From Harriotta raleighana (lineage: Eukaryota): a stretch of 64,000 bases of DNA. Shown one piece after another: positions 1 through 13,139 of the stretch. Under the pieces are notes generated by a model. That model did no database searches and had not been told where the DNA came from. It saw only the letters and a program-made list of their open reading frames with translations. Location of the stretch: positions 6,264,162-6,328,161 of the forward strand of contig JBNZDD010013689.1 of assembly GCA_050575255.1 (NCBI GenBank). Direction: 5' to 3'. Within the stretch, counting starts at the first letter, position 1. Each line of letters starts with the position of its first letter. A program made the translations under genes and the position numbers.

Positions 1-405
1 TGCTCCCTCCTACCTCTCCGACCTAATATCCCCCTATCTACCTGCCCGTACCCTCCATTCCTCTGGCTCTGGTCTGCTCCACATCCCCTGCCCTAACCGC
101 CCTACCATTGGCGGCCGGGCTTTCAGCTGCTCAGCCCCCAGGCTCTGGAACTCCATCCCCCAGTGCCTTCGCCTCGCTCCCTCCCTTTCCTCTTTCAAGG
201 CCGGTCTCAAGACCTTTCTCTTCGACCGTGCCTTCAGCTCCCCTCTCGACTCTCTACCTCCTCCTTGCTCCCACCCTCCCCCTCCCCCCTCGCCCTGAAC
301 ATTTCCCCCTGCTCGGGTCTTAAATCATCTGTCCAGCGCCTTGGGACGTCCTCCTGACGTGAAACGCGCTCTATAAATGTAATTTTGTTGTTGTTGTTGT
401 TGTTG
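1..405 (+). mobile_element. L2-clade LINE 3' fragment
   Basis: L2-type 3' end ending gcgctctataaatgtaatttt(gtt)n. Homologous copies recur across the window. Confidence 0.75.
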
Positions 406-2119
406 TAAAGGCATACAGAACTTTAAGTGTAATTGAAAGTTATAAAGAGTTCACTTTACTTAAAGGGTAATCACCAACTGGAATGCATTAAAAAAAGCTT
501 AATGCAGCACTTGGGGGTGGGGGTGTTGGGGAGGGAGCAGTAGGGTAGGTGTGCTGAAGGATTGCATGGATCAAAGGATCTTCATCTGAATGAAACTTGT
601 GATCTTGTGAAATGCTGCTGACTCTAATGGAGATGAGCTAACTCAGTACAGAGTCGGATTGGAAGCTGGGACTTTCCTGTAGATGGGTTACTAATACATG
701 ATTTCCTCAATCAAGTTGGCCAGGATAGGAAGCAGCTGCTGCGTGGACTCCACGCCGGATGATGCTGGTTTATTTTAAGACCATGGATTATCAATAAAAA
801 CTGACCCATGGCCTCCTAAATGAGTCAAGAGTCTGCCTGAGCAATCTTTTCTCCTTCATGATCCAAATCAGAGCCCACATCTCCTTGTCCAGAGCTGGCC
901 ATGTGAGAAACCATGGCCCTCGAAATGCTTTCTCCCTGACAACTGTTCAGAAGAGATTCAAAGTTTGTTTCTAGTAAGAGTGACTGATAGCAGTGCAGTT
1001 CAGCACATTGTTCTCAGTTTCACTTTTGGTTGTTATCCATTCAGATGTACAATGCAAATAATCCCTCACTCTTTCTTTGCTCAATCACACTCAGAAGTGC
1101 CACATTTACCTATTTGCACCTATTTGCACGTACTATTCTTGTNTCTTTCTTTGCTCAATCACACTCAGAAGTGCCACATTTACCTATTTGCACGTACTAT
1201 TCTTGAATTACTTAGAAATTGCATCAGCGCTTTGGGATGTTACCTCGATGTGAAAGGCACTATACAAATGTAATTTTGTTGTTGTATTCTTGGGCTGGGG
1301 GAATGAGAAAGGTTAGGGAAGAATACTTCACTGGAATATCAATGTTGTGACGGCTCAAAGTCCTGAAGTTAAGGCTTCCTACCCAGAGGCAAAAGTGCTA
1401 CCAGCTGAGCCAGGGACCCCCACAGGAAGGGAATGCGATGCAGAATCTTGGTCTCCTCGGTATTATAATTTAGGAGGTTGTCTCGCTCACTGCATTCTCT
1501 CTTTCTGTGATTCGAAGGGGCAGGAGTCCTGTGGGATTAGTAATGGGCTGAGCATTGCAAGATGTCTTATGGCAGAGGAGAGAATGAGTAAGAGATGGAG
1601 TGGGATGTTTACTGACTAGAGTTTCATTTAGAATTTTAAAATGAGCAGGATCTATAAACAGTCCCCCAGTGATAAACATTATGTGGGCTTGTTAGTGCTG
1701 GCTAACACTGCATAACCACTCATCAGATGACTGGATTGTACTCTGGCCCACATCCAATATAAGCAAGCCAACCTCTCATTGTATCAGGTCAACACTGTTT
1801 TGTTAGTACATGGACACAGGAAAGCAAAACTCCAACCATTAATTCTCCACAAAAAAACAGAGACTGTGCATGATAAGGTCCTTTTAAGAAGTTAATAATC
1901 ACTTATAGTCCATGTTAGCTTTCAAAAGGGAGTTCGATAGAATGGAGTAAACCATAGAGATATGGGGAAAGAACAAGTAAATGGGACTGAAAGAATTGTT
2001 CTCAAAAGAGCCAACGATTGGCAGAATGGTTCTAATTGTTCTATGGTTCTGACAATGTTTAGTAATAATCCTAGCATTTGATGCTGCGCCTATGATGTGA
2101 AACATCTCAAAGAACTGTG

Positions 2120-2388
2120 TAAACCTCCTTGTCCCCCGAATCCTCCATTCAACCATTGGTGGCCATACTTTCAGCCACTGTGCCTCGAGGGTCTGGAACT
2201 CCTTTCCTCACTGCCTTCTCCTCACTGCCTTCTCCTCACCCCCTCTCTTCCCAGTTTCAGGACTCTGCCAAATACCATTCTCTTCCACCTCGCCTTTTGT
2301 CACCTTTCTAACCCTGCCCCTGGCTTGGTCCCGGGATCCGTTATTGTGTCGTGGAGGGTGCTATATAAATCAAAGTTGTTGTTGTTGT
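2120..2388 (+). mobile_element. L2-clade LINE 3' fragment (second tail type)
   Basis: Ends ggagggtgctatataaatcaaa(gtt)n. Confidence 0.7.
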
Positions 2389-2510
2389 AAAAAATTATTT
2401 AGTGATTGGATTTAGTTGGCAAAATGCAACAGCCAATTTGTATATACAGTAACCATGAACTGAATTTTATCTGATGAATCTTTGGGCAGGACACCAAGAG
2501 AAATTCCCTT

Positions 2511-3860
2511 TCATAGAATCATAGAATTTTACAGCACAAAAGCAGGCCATCATGTCTGTGCCGGCTCTTTGAAAAGAGCTTTTCAAAATCAATCCCACTC
2601 CCTGGCTCTCTCCCCATAACCCCACAAACCCGTCCGGTGTGGAGGGTGCTATATAAATTAAAGTTGTTGTTGTTGTTCTCCCCAAATACTGTAACTGTTT
2701 ACCTCCCTTTTAAAAGTTGTTACCGAATCAACCTACATCACCCTTTCAGGCAATGCATTCCAGATTCGAACAATTTTTAGAAACTATTTTAAATCTATGA
2801 CCTCGAGTCACTGACACACCCACCAGTGGAATCAGTTATTCCCTGTTTACCCTATCAAATCCCCTCATGATTTTAAAAACCTCTATTAGGTCTCCTTGTA
2901 ACCCTCTCTGCTCCAATGAAAATAATCCTAGCCTCTCTGACTTTTCCTCATAACCAAAGTCCCTCATTTCTGGTACCATCCTAGTAACTCTCCTCTGTAC
3001 CTTTTCCAATGCCTTAACATCTTTCCTAAACCATGGTGCCCAGAACTGAACACAGTACTCTAGCCGAGGCCTAACCAGCATTTTATACAGGTTAATCATA
3101 ACTTCCTGACTTTTGTACTCCATGACTCTATTTTATAAAGCCTAGTATCCCGCATGCTTTTTCTTAAACAGCCTTATCTACCTGTCCTGCCATCTTCAAA
3201 GATTTACTTTCGTGAACCCCCAAGTCTCTCTGTTCCTTCACCACCTCCCTTAAGATTGTACTATCTAGCCTATATTGCCTCTCCTCATTCTTCCTCCCAA
3301 AATGCATCACCTTGCATTTCTCCACATTAAACTTCATCTGCCATGTATCTACCCATTTTACCAGTCTATCTATGTCCTCTTGCAATCTGCTACTATCCTC
3401 CTCACTATTTACTACGTTTTCTAACTTAATACCCAAGTCCAGATCATTTATATATATAAAAAATATCATTGGTCCCAATATCGATCCCTGGGGGATGCCA
3501 CTGTACAGTTCCCTCCAGTCAGAAAAACAATCGTTCACCACAACTCTTTGCTTTCTGTCTCCCAGTCAGTTCTGGATCCATGCTGCCACTATCCCTTTAA
3601 CACGGTGGTCTTCTATTTTCCTTACAAGTCTCTTATGTGGCACTTTGTTGGCAATATAGAAGAGTAATTTTTCTATTGTTATTATTGTTTGTCAAGTGCC
3701 TTTTGAAAGTCCATATAAACCATATCAACTGCATTACCTTCATCCACCCTCTCCGTTATCTCATCAAAAACCTTTATCAGGGATGTTAGACAAGATTTGC
3801 ATTTAACAAATCCATCCAAACTATCCTTTATTAAACCATATTTTTCTAAGTGAAGATTTA
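2511..3860 (-). mobile_element. CR1 LINE, 5'-truncated and decayed
   Basis: RT motifs GIPQGSILGP and [15 protein letters not shown] plus an (ATTCTATG) tail. A short L2 tail is nested at about 2630-2677. Confidence 0.9.
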
Positions 3861-4684
3861 TTTAACAGTTGGTATCTGTTCCCAGATGAATCATAGCACT
3901 AAATGAACTTGAATGACCAAGAAGAGTTTGGCAGCATTTGATTGTTACTACACTGCCAGCACAGTTTCAAACAAGAGTTAGTTTCTGCGCTGAGTATTGA
4001 TCTCAACCTTTCTGATGGTTTATTACCCAAATCATTGGATTTGGCCAATCACTACCTCATCAATCATGGTACATCAACGTTTCCACGGGCAAAGTGTGGA
4101 GTAGCAGAGAGAAACCAGCCTGGAAGCAATGCTAACAGAAACATAGCTCTGCCAGGCCAGAATCTGTACAGATTAAGGGACAAATGTGTTCCACATTTTG
4201 TGGGGGAACGTAGCTAACCTATATGACATACTATGGAGTAAACATGAGCCCCATACCTTCCTCATTCCCTCCTCTGCCATAAGGCATCTTGCAATGCTCA
4301 GCCAATTACACACCCCACAGAGCTCCTGCACCATCGTAACACAGAAAGAGGAAGTGTAGCGAGCAAGACAACCTCTAGTGGACAGAGGAAATAGCACCTG
4401 AAGTTTGTGGGGTTGAGCTCACAGTCCAGGTTGACTCTCCAGTACTGTATTAGGGAGAACATTATGTTGTCAGAGATGCTGTCCTTTAGATATGCAATTA
4501 AACCGAGTACCACCAACCGAATCCATATCAACTTTGAGATGTTATAGGCACAACATGACATGCAGTTTTAATACAGTGAAGAATTAGCAGCTAATCATGT
4601 TTAGTTGGTTGGACAACCAGCTCCTGATAGCTGGATGTTGCAAATGGATGCTTGCATTAGAACTTGACAAACTAATTTAATAGG

Positions 4685-5095
4685 AACAACCAGCAGGTCA
4701 GGCAGTATCGATGGAGAAAGGAAAAGTGAGTAAACGTTTCGGGTCCATGACCCTTCATCAGAACTGGGGCATGTTGGGAGGGAGAGGCTTTTAAAGATTA
4801 ACAGAGAGGGAGAGGCAGGCAAGGCAAGGAAGACAAAGGAGAAAATGGGGTAAAGGGCAGGAGATGATGGGTTAAAGAGGTATTAATGTTGTGAAACACA
4901 GGGGGAATTGCAACAAAACTGGAGAGAAGAGATGTTAATAACATTAAAACAAAGAGGGGGTGAAATTGCCAAAGACCAGGCAGATCAGATGGTCTTAGAA
5001 GAGGGGGAAGCTGAGCTGTTATGGCTTGAAATTATTGAGATCAATATTAAGGCCAGAGCTGATGGATAAGGTGCTGTTCCTCGAGCTTGCGCCGT
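4685..5095 (-). mobile_element. Penelope-like element 3' end
   Basis: The minus strand encodes a frameshifted RRKLEEQHLI...GLNIDLNNFKP* (GIY-YIG C-terminus), followed by a pyrimidine-rich UTR and a terminal repeat carrying a hammerhead motif. Confidence 0.75.
4729..4765 (-). ncRNA. Minimal type I hammerhead ribozyme motif
   Basis: Reads AGTT-CTGATGA-A-GGGTC-ATG-GACCC-GAAA-CGTT-TACT: both catalytic boxes, a 5-bp stem II and a palindromic ACGT stem III. Confidence 0.7.
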
Positions 5096-6149
5096 GGAAG
5101 AAGTTCTGCTCTTATCTAAGAAGCGACTTCCAATCTTCACTTTTACTCTGCTCACCTGCTTTCCTAACTGTTTCCCTTCTTATGTTTAATAAAACCCACT
5201 TTGACAGCCATATTTCTTTCCTAAGTAACCCGCAGCACATCTATTGGAAGTAACAGATGCATCTATACTCACTGATGAACTGTTCATACAGTATTTGGAA
5301 GGGGCAGCCTTGATTGTGTAGTGGATAGAACTGCAGACTAAGAGCTTGCTGGTTCCAATCCTGGTCTGTGTTGAGTTTGCTGGTCTTATCCAGAGCTGCT
5401 CAGGGAAGCTAACTTGCCTCAGCAATAACTGGATTTTCCTGGATTCCCACTGTTGGTCCCTACAGTAACCTCTGATAGTGCACATGTTTGACAGTCAGGT
5501 GAGGAGAGGTCAGGCTTGGCTTACAGACCCTCTAGTTTGAGTGGGCTGCTGACACTTACTGCCAAGGCTCATGTATCAACAATGGCCACTTGGACAGAGT
5601 ACCAAAGAATAACCAGTGCCTGTTACGCAGCAGGACAAGAGCAGGGAACCAGGAACACAGTACAGTATGTACCAACTTGGAGATATGAGAAAAAAAATTG
5701 ACACAACACAGCATTCGGTTTATCTCAAACCATTTCCATATCCTCACAGACAGCGTTGCTGGCACATTGCCTGAGTCATTCCACAAACCCAGAGAGACGA
5801 TACTTACTGGAGTCAATAAACCAATCCCGAACAGATTTTGTTGTGGATTATATGACTGTTTACATTCCTGTGCAGCCAGCAAGACGGTTGAGATCTATCA
5901 AACTCCCTTTGACCTGACATCTATTAAATAGTAAAAAGCTACATTGAACCCTGCACAGAGCCCTGGGATGTCAATCCAATCACTGTTTATCTAAGTGGGG
6001 GTAAACACTGCTGAATACTCGTCAGAAGAACTAACTCTAAATTCCACATGCAGAAATTGAGCAGGAATAATTTAAGGATAATCTTTTCTTGATCACATTG
6101 TCAGAATGCATACAGCACAGAGAGTGAAAAGCACTACATCAAATGCAAG

Positions 6150-6665
6150 GATTATTATCAGTGGTAGTATTGTCTGCAAACTTGGAAATTTTCCTTCCTC
6201 TATACAAGTCCAGATCATTTATATGTTAACAAAAACAGCAGTGGTTGCAATACCGACCCTTGGAGAACACCACTACACATTTCCCTCGAGACCTTTCAAC
6301 CCCTGTCCCTGGCTTGGTCCCGGGATCCATTGTTGTGAAACGCTCTGAGATACTGTTCGGTGTGGAGAATGCTATATAAATCTAAGTTGTTGTTGTTGAT
6401 ATAAAAACAACAGTTCACCATCACTCTCTACTTGCTGTCTCCTATCCAGTTCTGTAACACTGCTGCCATTGTCCCTTTAATACCACGGGCTTCTATTTTA
6501 CTTACAAGTTTCTTTTGCGGCACTTTATCAAATGCCTTTTGAAAATTAATGTAAACTACATCAACTACTAACTTCATCCACCCTCTCCGTTTCCTTCATC
6601 AAAAACTGTATCAGGTTTGTCAGACATGATTTACCTTTAACAAATCCTTGCTGGCTGTCCTTTCA
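6150..6665 (-). mobile_element. CR1 RT fragment with nested L2 tail
   Basis: Homologous to 3400-3830. An L2 tail is inserted at about 6290-6398. Confidence 0.75.
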
Positions 6666-8102
6666 GATTTGGGGATAGTGGGAGAAGTAAGATTTGAACC
6701 AGCCAAAGGCACATCTTTGAAGCTTGAGCTGAGAGGAGAGGCGATAGAGGAGTATAGAATGGTCGACAATGATGAAGGCTGCAGAGAGGTTGAGGAAGAC
6801 AGAGAGTCAGAGAGACCATTTTGCCTCCACTTTCTGAAATTCCAGTCTGGAGTCACTCTAACTCCCTTCCACTTTTCAAGTCACCCATCTCAAAATGTAC
6901 TTCTTTGACCGTGCTTACCATCATCCTTTCCTTCTCCATCCTCCTCGACTCCCACCCCGGCTCAGGTGCTCAGTACGTGAAGTGCTTTGAGATATTCTCC
7001 CAACATAAAAAGGCATTGTATAAATGTAAATTGTATTGTGTTGTATTTTAAGACAGAGGATGAAAGAGGGATAGACAGCAAAGTGTGAGAGATATAAACA
7101 GAGCAAGGTGGAAAGATAAACTAGTGAGAGAGAGCGGAGGGGTGCAGGGGGGGTGGGTAGGAGTGAGAGAGAAAACAGAGAATGAGCTAAACAGAAAGAG
7201 AATGGCAGACAGAGAAGTGAAAGAGAGGAAAATAGAGAAAGGGACACACAAATGGGAAACAGACACAGGAGCAAGAGGGAGAAATAGACAGAGTAGTGAT
7301 CATGAAAGAACAACTGCAGTAAGAGGGATTGTGGGGGGAGTTCAATTGGCCATTGTAAGAGAGGAGAAAACCAGCTCAGGAAGGGAGCTGTGTCTCAGTT
7401 ACAGCCAACCACACATCAGACAGGAAGTGGGCCCCTGAATGTCAATGGAATGCACTCACTGTAATTCCGACAATGAATACAAATCCTAATAATACTGATC
7501 GCACGGAAAATTTTGCTGTTAGCAATTATATTCCTTGGTATTGTGTAAAACTAAAACATTAAACCAAGGTCGTGTCTGCCTGTTCAGGTGTACTTTACAG
7601 ATACTATGGTACTATTTGGAAAGAGAAGGCAGTTTTTCCCAGTGTCATAGCCAACAACTCTCCAAATAAAATTCACTATTCAGTTAATGGATGTGTGTGG
7701 GACATTGCTGCACACAAATTGGCTGCCACATTCACTCACATATAGTTATTACACTTAACAGAAACTATGTGAAACACTTTGAGACATTCTCTCCCTTATT
7801 GTGTTCGTTTCTCAGTCTGGGATGAAGAGAGTAAACCAGAACAATATTTACATATGCAATGAGACAGTAGAACAAATGGACAGAGGTTCTGGCTAGTGAC
7901 AGGCAATTTCAGGATAGATACCTGGAAGACATTTCATTTCGCCCACAAATATACAGTCAATTCACTTTACAGTATACTCTGTGAAGGCTTTGGGACGTTG
8001 ATAAGATGTGAAAAGCGCTATATCAAATGCAAGGATTATTATTATTATTATTTATCACAACAGGAAAGGCATGATATACATGTAAGTCCAATAATAGTCC
8101 TT

Positions 8103-8285
8103 AACAAAAACAGAAGTTGCTGGGAAAACTCAGCAGGTCAGGCAGCATCCATGGAGAAAGGAAAGTGAGTCAACATTTTGGGTACACGACCCTTTGTCAG
8201 AACTGGGGCATGTTGGGAGGGAGATGTTTTTAAGGACAAGTTAGAGAGTGGGAGGCAGGACAAGGAAGACAATGGAGAAAGGAGG
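8103..8285 (-). mobile_element. Penelope-like terminal repeat, hammerhead core decayed
   Basis: Homologous to 4685-4850; the core reads CTGACAA...CAAAATGTT. Confidence 0.65.
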
Positions 8286-9498
8286 TCCTCCTGATTGATT
8301 CCCATTAACAGCTTCATGCCTCAGGCACTGGCAGCTTCACCACCCATGAATGCAAACTCCACCTCACTGAGCCAGCCCAGAACCTTGCCTCTTGTTTGGA
8401 CCTCAACTGTCCTTTCTCCCCCACATCCATCATGACTTGCTCTGCCTTCCCCCATCTCCACAACATCACCTGGCCCCACCACAGACTCTCCACTAAAGTG
8501 ATAAAACTCTCATCCACACATATTATGAGGCAGTTGGTAGTTGATTGGATGTGGTCTCAGAGAGTCAGCAATGGCAGTGATGGTTTTTAGACAAGTTGAG
8601 GGAGCAAGTCCCTCACAAGCTACCCACCGCACAGGCAGGCCTCGGTCCCTGTGTTGTATCTTTTTACTGTTGGGGTTGTTGACCCCTATGCCAATGTTGT
8701 CCTTGCGCTCCATTCAGCATCGCTTTCAGCTCGATTGGGAGCCGCAGATCCCACTCCAGGTGCCAAATTCCAGCCTCGATTCAGGCCCTGCTCATATTTA
8801 AGCTGCCTCCGTTCCAGGCTTTCCGGCTGCAGGAGGCCTTGAGCTCCTGGTATCCCAGCTCAATTCCAATCAAACTACAATTTTCTCCCTATTTTTGTAA
8901 TAATGAATGGCGAGCTCCTTATCATGTCAGCCTCCTGCCCACTGCCATCCAGNAACTACAATTTTCTCCCTATTTAGCTGATGAAGGCCCTTCATCATCT
9001 TGTTCCTTCCTACCTTGGTTACCTGTTAGCCCCAAATCTACCTATCCACCCTCTCTGCAAGCGGGCTCCAGCCTGCTCCATATCCCCCCTACAACAACTA
9101 CACCAGCATCAGCCTCTCTGACCCCATCCATTGGAATTCCATCCAGAGTCCCTTCACCTTACTACTTCCCTGCCTCCTTCAAGGCACATCTCATACCCAC
9201 CTCTTCGACCGCGCCTTCGGACATTTTCCTATGCCTACCTTCCCGGACCTCTACCCTACCTGATCCCAACCTCGTTCTCGGGTCCAAATCCCTGACTGAC
9301 CACCACCAAGGAACATCCTCCCAAAGTGAAAGACGTTATTCATATATAATTTGTTATTATGGGCTCAAAATGTTGCTACAGTACTTTTCTCTGATGTGTA
9401 GTGTATTTGTAGGCGAAGGCAGCAATTTCTGCACAGCAGTAGTGTCCCATAGGTACGAAGTGAATGATCAATTTTATCTGAAAATGTTAATGGAAGTA

Positions 9499-9839
9499 TA
9501 GTAAAATCTCAATAATCTGGCATGGTTGGGCCCACTTATCTCCTGGATTTTGGAGTTTGCCGCTACTTAAAACCTATCCTAGAAATGGCTGGGGAAGCCC
9601 TTCCCGTACACCACGTGCTCTGAAAACACAGCCCCGAAGCCAAACTTTGCCCCAAGCGGCAATCACAGCACCGGGTGACAAAGTGGCTCCAGCCTGAACT
9701 GCAAGCAGCTGTTCAGAATTTGGGGGGTGGGGGGTAGTTGCCGACATTGGAAAAAAATTTATGCTGTTGGCTTTTTGAAATCTTGCCGGTTTTAGGGAGT
9801 TGCTGTCTTCCGGAATGTGAGATTATCAAGGCTTTACTG
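9499..9839. mobile_element. Tc1/mariner (Tigger-like) MITE
   Basis: Imperfect TIRs tagtaaaatctcaataatct / agattatcaaggctttactg, flanked by TA on both sides. Confidence 0.6.
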
Positions 9840-10219
9840 TATTGAGGAGTATGGTGAGAGTGGGAAGAATTCCTGCCCAGAGTAACTGGTTTGCCCTTCT
9901 AAGTCCTGCCAATGAGCCAGGCTGGTTGGTCTGTCATCAGCTGTGCCCTGAAATATTATGGACTCACCTGACTGAGGAACCAGACAAGATACCATCATAG
10001 AGACTTGATTCTAACATTGCCTTTGGGGCCAGTTCAGCTCCAAGGAGACCCTATTTATATTCTGTGTTTTCAACCCCTGAATTGGAAGTGCTGGGTCCTG
10101 AAACTGGACCCAATAAAGTTGTAAAGGAAAGCATTTGCACCAGCAACTCAGAGACCCCGCAGGCTGAGAAGCACAAAAAATAAGCCGTCAGCCCTAAACA
10201 AGTCAAATTTCAGATCAAT

Positions 10220-10225
10220 TTTATT
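10220..10225 (-). promoter_or_regulatory. Candidate distal poly(A) signal
   Basis: AATAAA on the minus strand followed by T/GT-rich sequence (ttgacttgttt...ttattttttgtg). Confidence 0.55.
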
Positions 10226-10834
10226 AGAAACAATTCTTGAACGTACCTATCTTACGTAAAGTTATGCATGGTAACAATGTTGTAAAAAGACATCAATCAG
10301 ATGACACAAACATTCACCCCTAGAGCACTCAATTTCCTGACTTTGTAATAGGAAATAATTCCTGATACTGTAGTATTTTTAAAAGTATATTTGGTTGTGT
10401 GTGATAGAGACAAAGTGTGTTTTACCACTCAATCTCATGGCTGCAACCTCACTAAGCAAGTATTTTTAAACACTTTTTTTGTTCTTTTGATGTATATGTA
10501 TGTTTGTGTGTTTTAACCTTCTCCTGTTCTGTGTGGGTGTCAGGATCTGCATTTGCTTGTAGAATCACACAGGTCTAAAATAAGCTCCCCTGAATCAACA
10601 CACTGTCTTTGTAACTGCAGTGCTTGCATTTGATGTTGTAAATGCAACTTGTAACTAACCGGAAAAGCTTCTTAATGTTTTCAGCAAAAAAAACCTGTTA
10701 AAAATGGTACAGAAATCTTCCCTCAGCTGATGAGAGTTGAATGCACTTTTTTTCTTAGAAAAAAATAAGGAAAGTTCAATTTTCATTTTTTTTCAAAATT
10801 TCATAGTTCATACCCGGTGCAAAAGTTCACTAGA

Positions 10835-11275
10835 TTAATACCTGGTTTGAAGGGGGTTAAGATAGGATGGGAGGCTGGGCAGACTGTGGTTATATTCACT
10901 GGAGCAAAGAAGGCTAAGGAGTGATTTTAAGTATTTAAAATGTATTTAAGATGAAATTAATTGACAGTTTAGATAGTGGACAACTCTTCCATCATGCATG
11001 ATCTGTTACGCGGGGCATGACTTTAAAATCAGAACTAACTGAAGTCAGGAAAGCATTACTTTCACAGAGAATTGTGAGGAGTTCCAACTCTCTTCCACAG
11101 ATTGCAGTGGAGGTGGAATCAATCCGGGATGTTTAAATGATATAGAGAGAGAGACTTGGACAGTACAGGTTTTAAAGACTATGGCAAAAGAACTGGTAAA
11201 TCTGGTAAGATCTGGTAAATTGGTGGAACAGGCTTGATGGGCTGAACGGCCTTCCCAGTTTCGATTTTCCTATGT
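10835..11275 (+). mobile_element. Old CR1 3' fragment within the putative 3' UTR
   Basis: CR1-like 3' end (ttcactggagcaaagaaggctaagg...gatgggctgaacggcctt). Confidence 0.65.
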
Positions 11276-11458
11276 TTGTATACATCCAGTGAATGCTGTT
11301 AATTTACCCCTGGATTGAAAAGTTGATCAAAGCATATATATATATGCAGTGGAAGCCTCTACTATGGTTTCCCCACCCCCTCATGTTCTTGACCTCGTGT
11401 TAGCATCCGGCTTTAAGACATGTCCCGTGACCATCTTGTTATTTTATGTTTTTTTAAT

Positions 11459-11464
11459 TTTATT
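11459..11464 (-). promoter_or_regulatory. Candidate proximal poly(A) signal
   Basis: AATAAA on the minus strand about 400 nt after the stop. Confidence 0.35.
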
Positions 11465-11862
11465 TTACAAACAATAAAAAGGAAAAAGTGGTGAGCGTAG
11501 TCAGAGGAAGTGTGGAAAATGTAATGAAAGTGTATCATAAAAGGCACACACACCATGGTGTATATATGCAGACACACACACATACACCTGACCAATGAAA
11601 ATGAAAAAAGCTGGGTTGAATGTGGATGTGTGCAACAGTGATTGGATTAATTATCCACAAATACAACACAAACTTTAGCACCATTATAACATGCAGCAAC
11701 TGTGCTTTTCAGATTGGAAGACTTTTCAAGATTAGGTTAATGAAAGCTATTAGCGTTACAGTGTAAGGTGTCCGTGGAACCCTTTAGCGGATTGGAAATA
11801 TGGACAGGCCGTGGATGCCGGCTTCTATCAGAGGTATATATAGGCCAGGGGATCCGTTTACT

Positions 11863-11903
11863 TTACGTTCCCATCGTGTTTGCCATTCCAGGTGAAACCT
11901 GAC
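11863..11903 (-). CDS. COL6A3: Last coding exon with stop codon
   Basis: Acceptor ttcctttttag|GT. Encodes GQVSPGMANTMGT*; human ends ...PGVISVMGT as recalled. Confidence 0.92.
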
Positions 11904-11949
11904 CTAAAAAGGAAAATAGAAATGAACTTACTGCAGCTTGACAGTCAAT

Positions 11950-12310
11950 AATATAATAATAATCCTCGCAGTTAGTGATAATACTAATCGATGCATTTGA
12001 TATAGTGCCTTATCATGTTGTTGAGATGTCTCAAAGCACTTCATGGAATATATTGTAAAGTGGGTGAAATGTGGTAGCCAATTGCCCACAGCAATGTCCC
12101 ACAAACAGTTGTGAAATGAGTGAACATTTTTTTTGCTTGAAGGTTTTTTACCCTGAAAAGCAATCCGTCAATCAACTGACGATCGGATTCCTAGTTACTA
12201 CTAGGTAAACAGAGGGAGGTAGAGTAAGGAAACTTGCTTAAGTTTTCACCCTGCCTATGAATCAAATCCAGGCTCTTTCACTTGCGAGGCCAGTGCGCTA
12301 ACCACTACAC
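11950..12310 (-). mobile_element. tRNA-derived SINE
   Basis: Reverse copy of the family at 22763. Confidence 0.65.
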
Positions 12311-12538
12311 TTGTCCCATGTCCATTCCATATGTCCCAAGGTGCCTATTACATTAGAACATCTCAAAGCGCTTACTTAGCGCAGCTCTCTGGGAAGTGTA
12401 AAGTGTAGTAACTGTTGAAGGCGAACACACACCCAGTTTCTACACAGCAATTTACCACATTCCCTAACCAATTTGTTGTCTCAGTGAAGGAGAAAGTGCA
12501 CATTACATATTATCGAGCTGAATGGCAATAAGACCTAC

Positions 12539-12703
12539 CTTTTGCACACTTCTTGTCACACTCATCCTGCGTGTCAAACCTGTTCTGGTTTCCATTGCAC
12601 CCACCGTACCAGAAGCGAGTACACTGCCCCCTCTTTATTTCATAATACCACTTCAGAACAAAGTTTCGGCACATTCCTTCATCCCGCGGTTGCTGACATA
12701 TGT
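12539..12703 (-). CDS. COL6A3: Kunitz domain 2 (C5/endotrophin-type) exon (165 nt)
   Basis: Encodes [55 protein letters not shown]. Absent from the ORF track; read by hand. Confidence 0.94.
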
Positions 12704-12850
12704 CTGTAACTGGAGAACAATTACATGGGATTAAAAGTAAAGCTTGTAATGATGGTGCAGAGAGGAGAGGATTCCCATTGAGAATTCACATGCATTTTGG
12801 GAGTGTGTTACTGACAGGAATCTAATTTGGGACACCTGGCTCAGTGGGGC

Positions 12851-12863
12851 ATATATATATATT

Positions 12864-12907
<44 letters not shown>
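12851..12907. repeat. (TA)n(GA)n compound microsatellite
   Basis: Directly visible in the sequence. Confidence 0.95.
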
Positions 12908-13139
12908 TACGCAGTATATGTGCAAAACTCTCATGTCTACAAATCATATAATGACCTATACCGTGTAACAGCCAAGTCCGATTCAGTTTCCTATCAAAAC
13001 CATTTAGATTTCTTTGTTTTAGTAGTATTAATCACCTCCTAACCCGTATCACTGCACCCACCCCCCAATCCATCATTACTTCCACACTTACCAGTTGTAT
13101 TGAATCATGAGAAACACAGTCTTGACCGTCATCACAGGT

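Noticed and set aside
1070-1205. About 60-nt direct duplication around a single N
   Set aside because: Typical unmerged contig overlap at a 1-N gap; probably an assembly artefact.
6921-7438. ORFs over a GA-rich tract
   Set aside because: Low-complexity purine/pyrimidine strand bias yields stop-poor frames.
8873-8975. Repeated aactacaattttctccctattt next to an N, inside a 220-aa ORF
   Set aside because: Gap-edge artefact. The ORF runs through the N and decayed L2 sequence.
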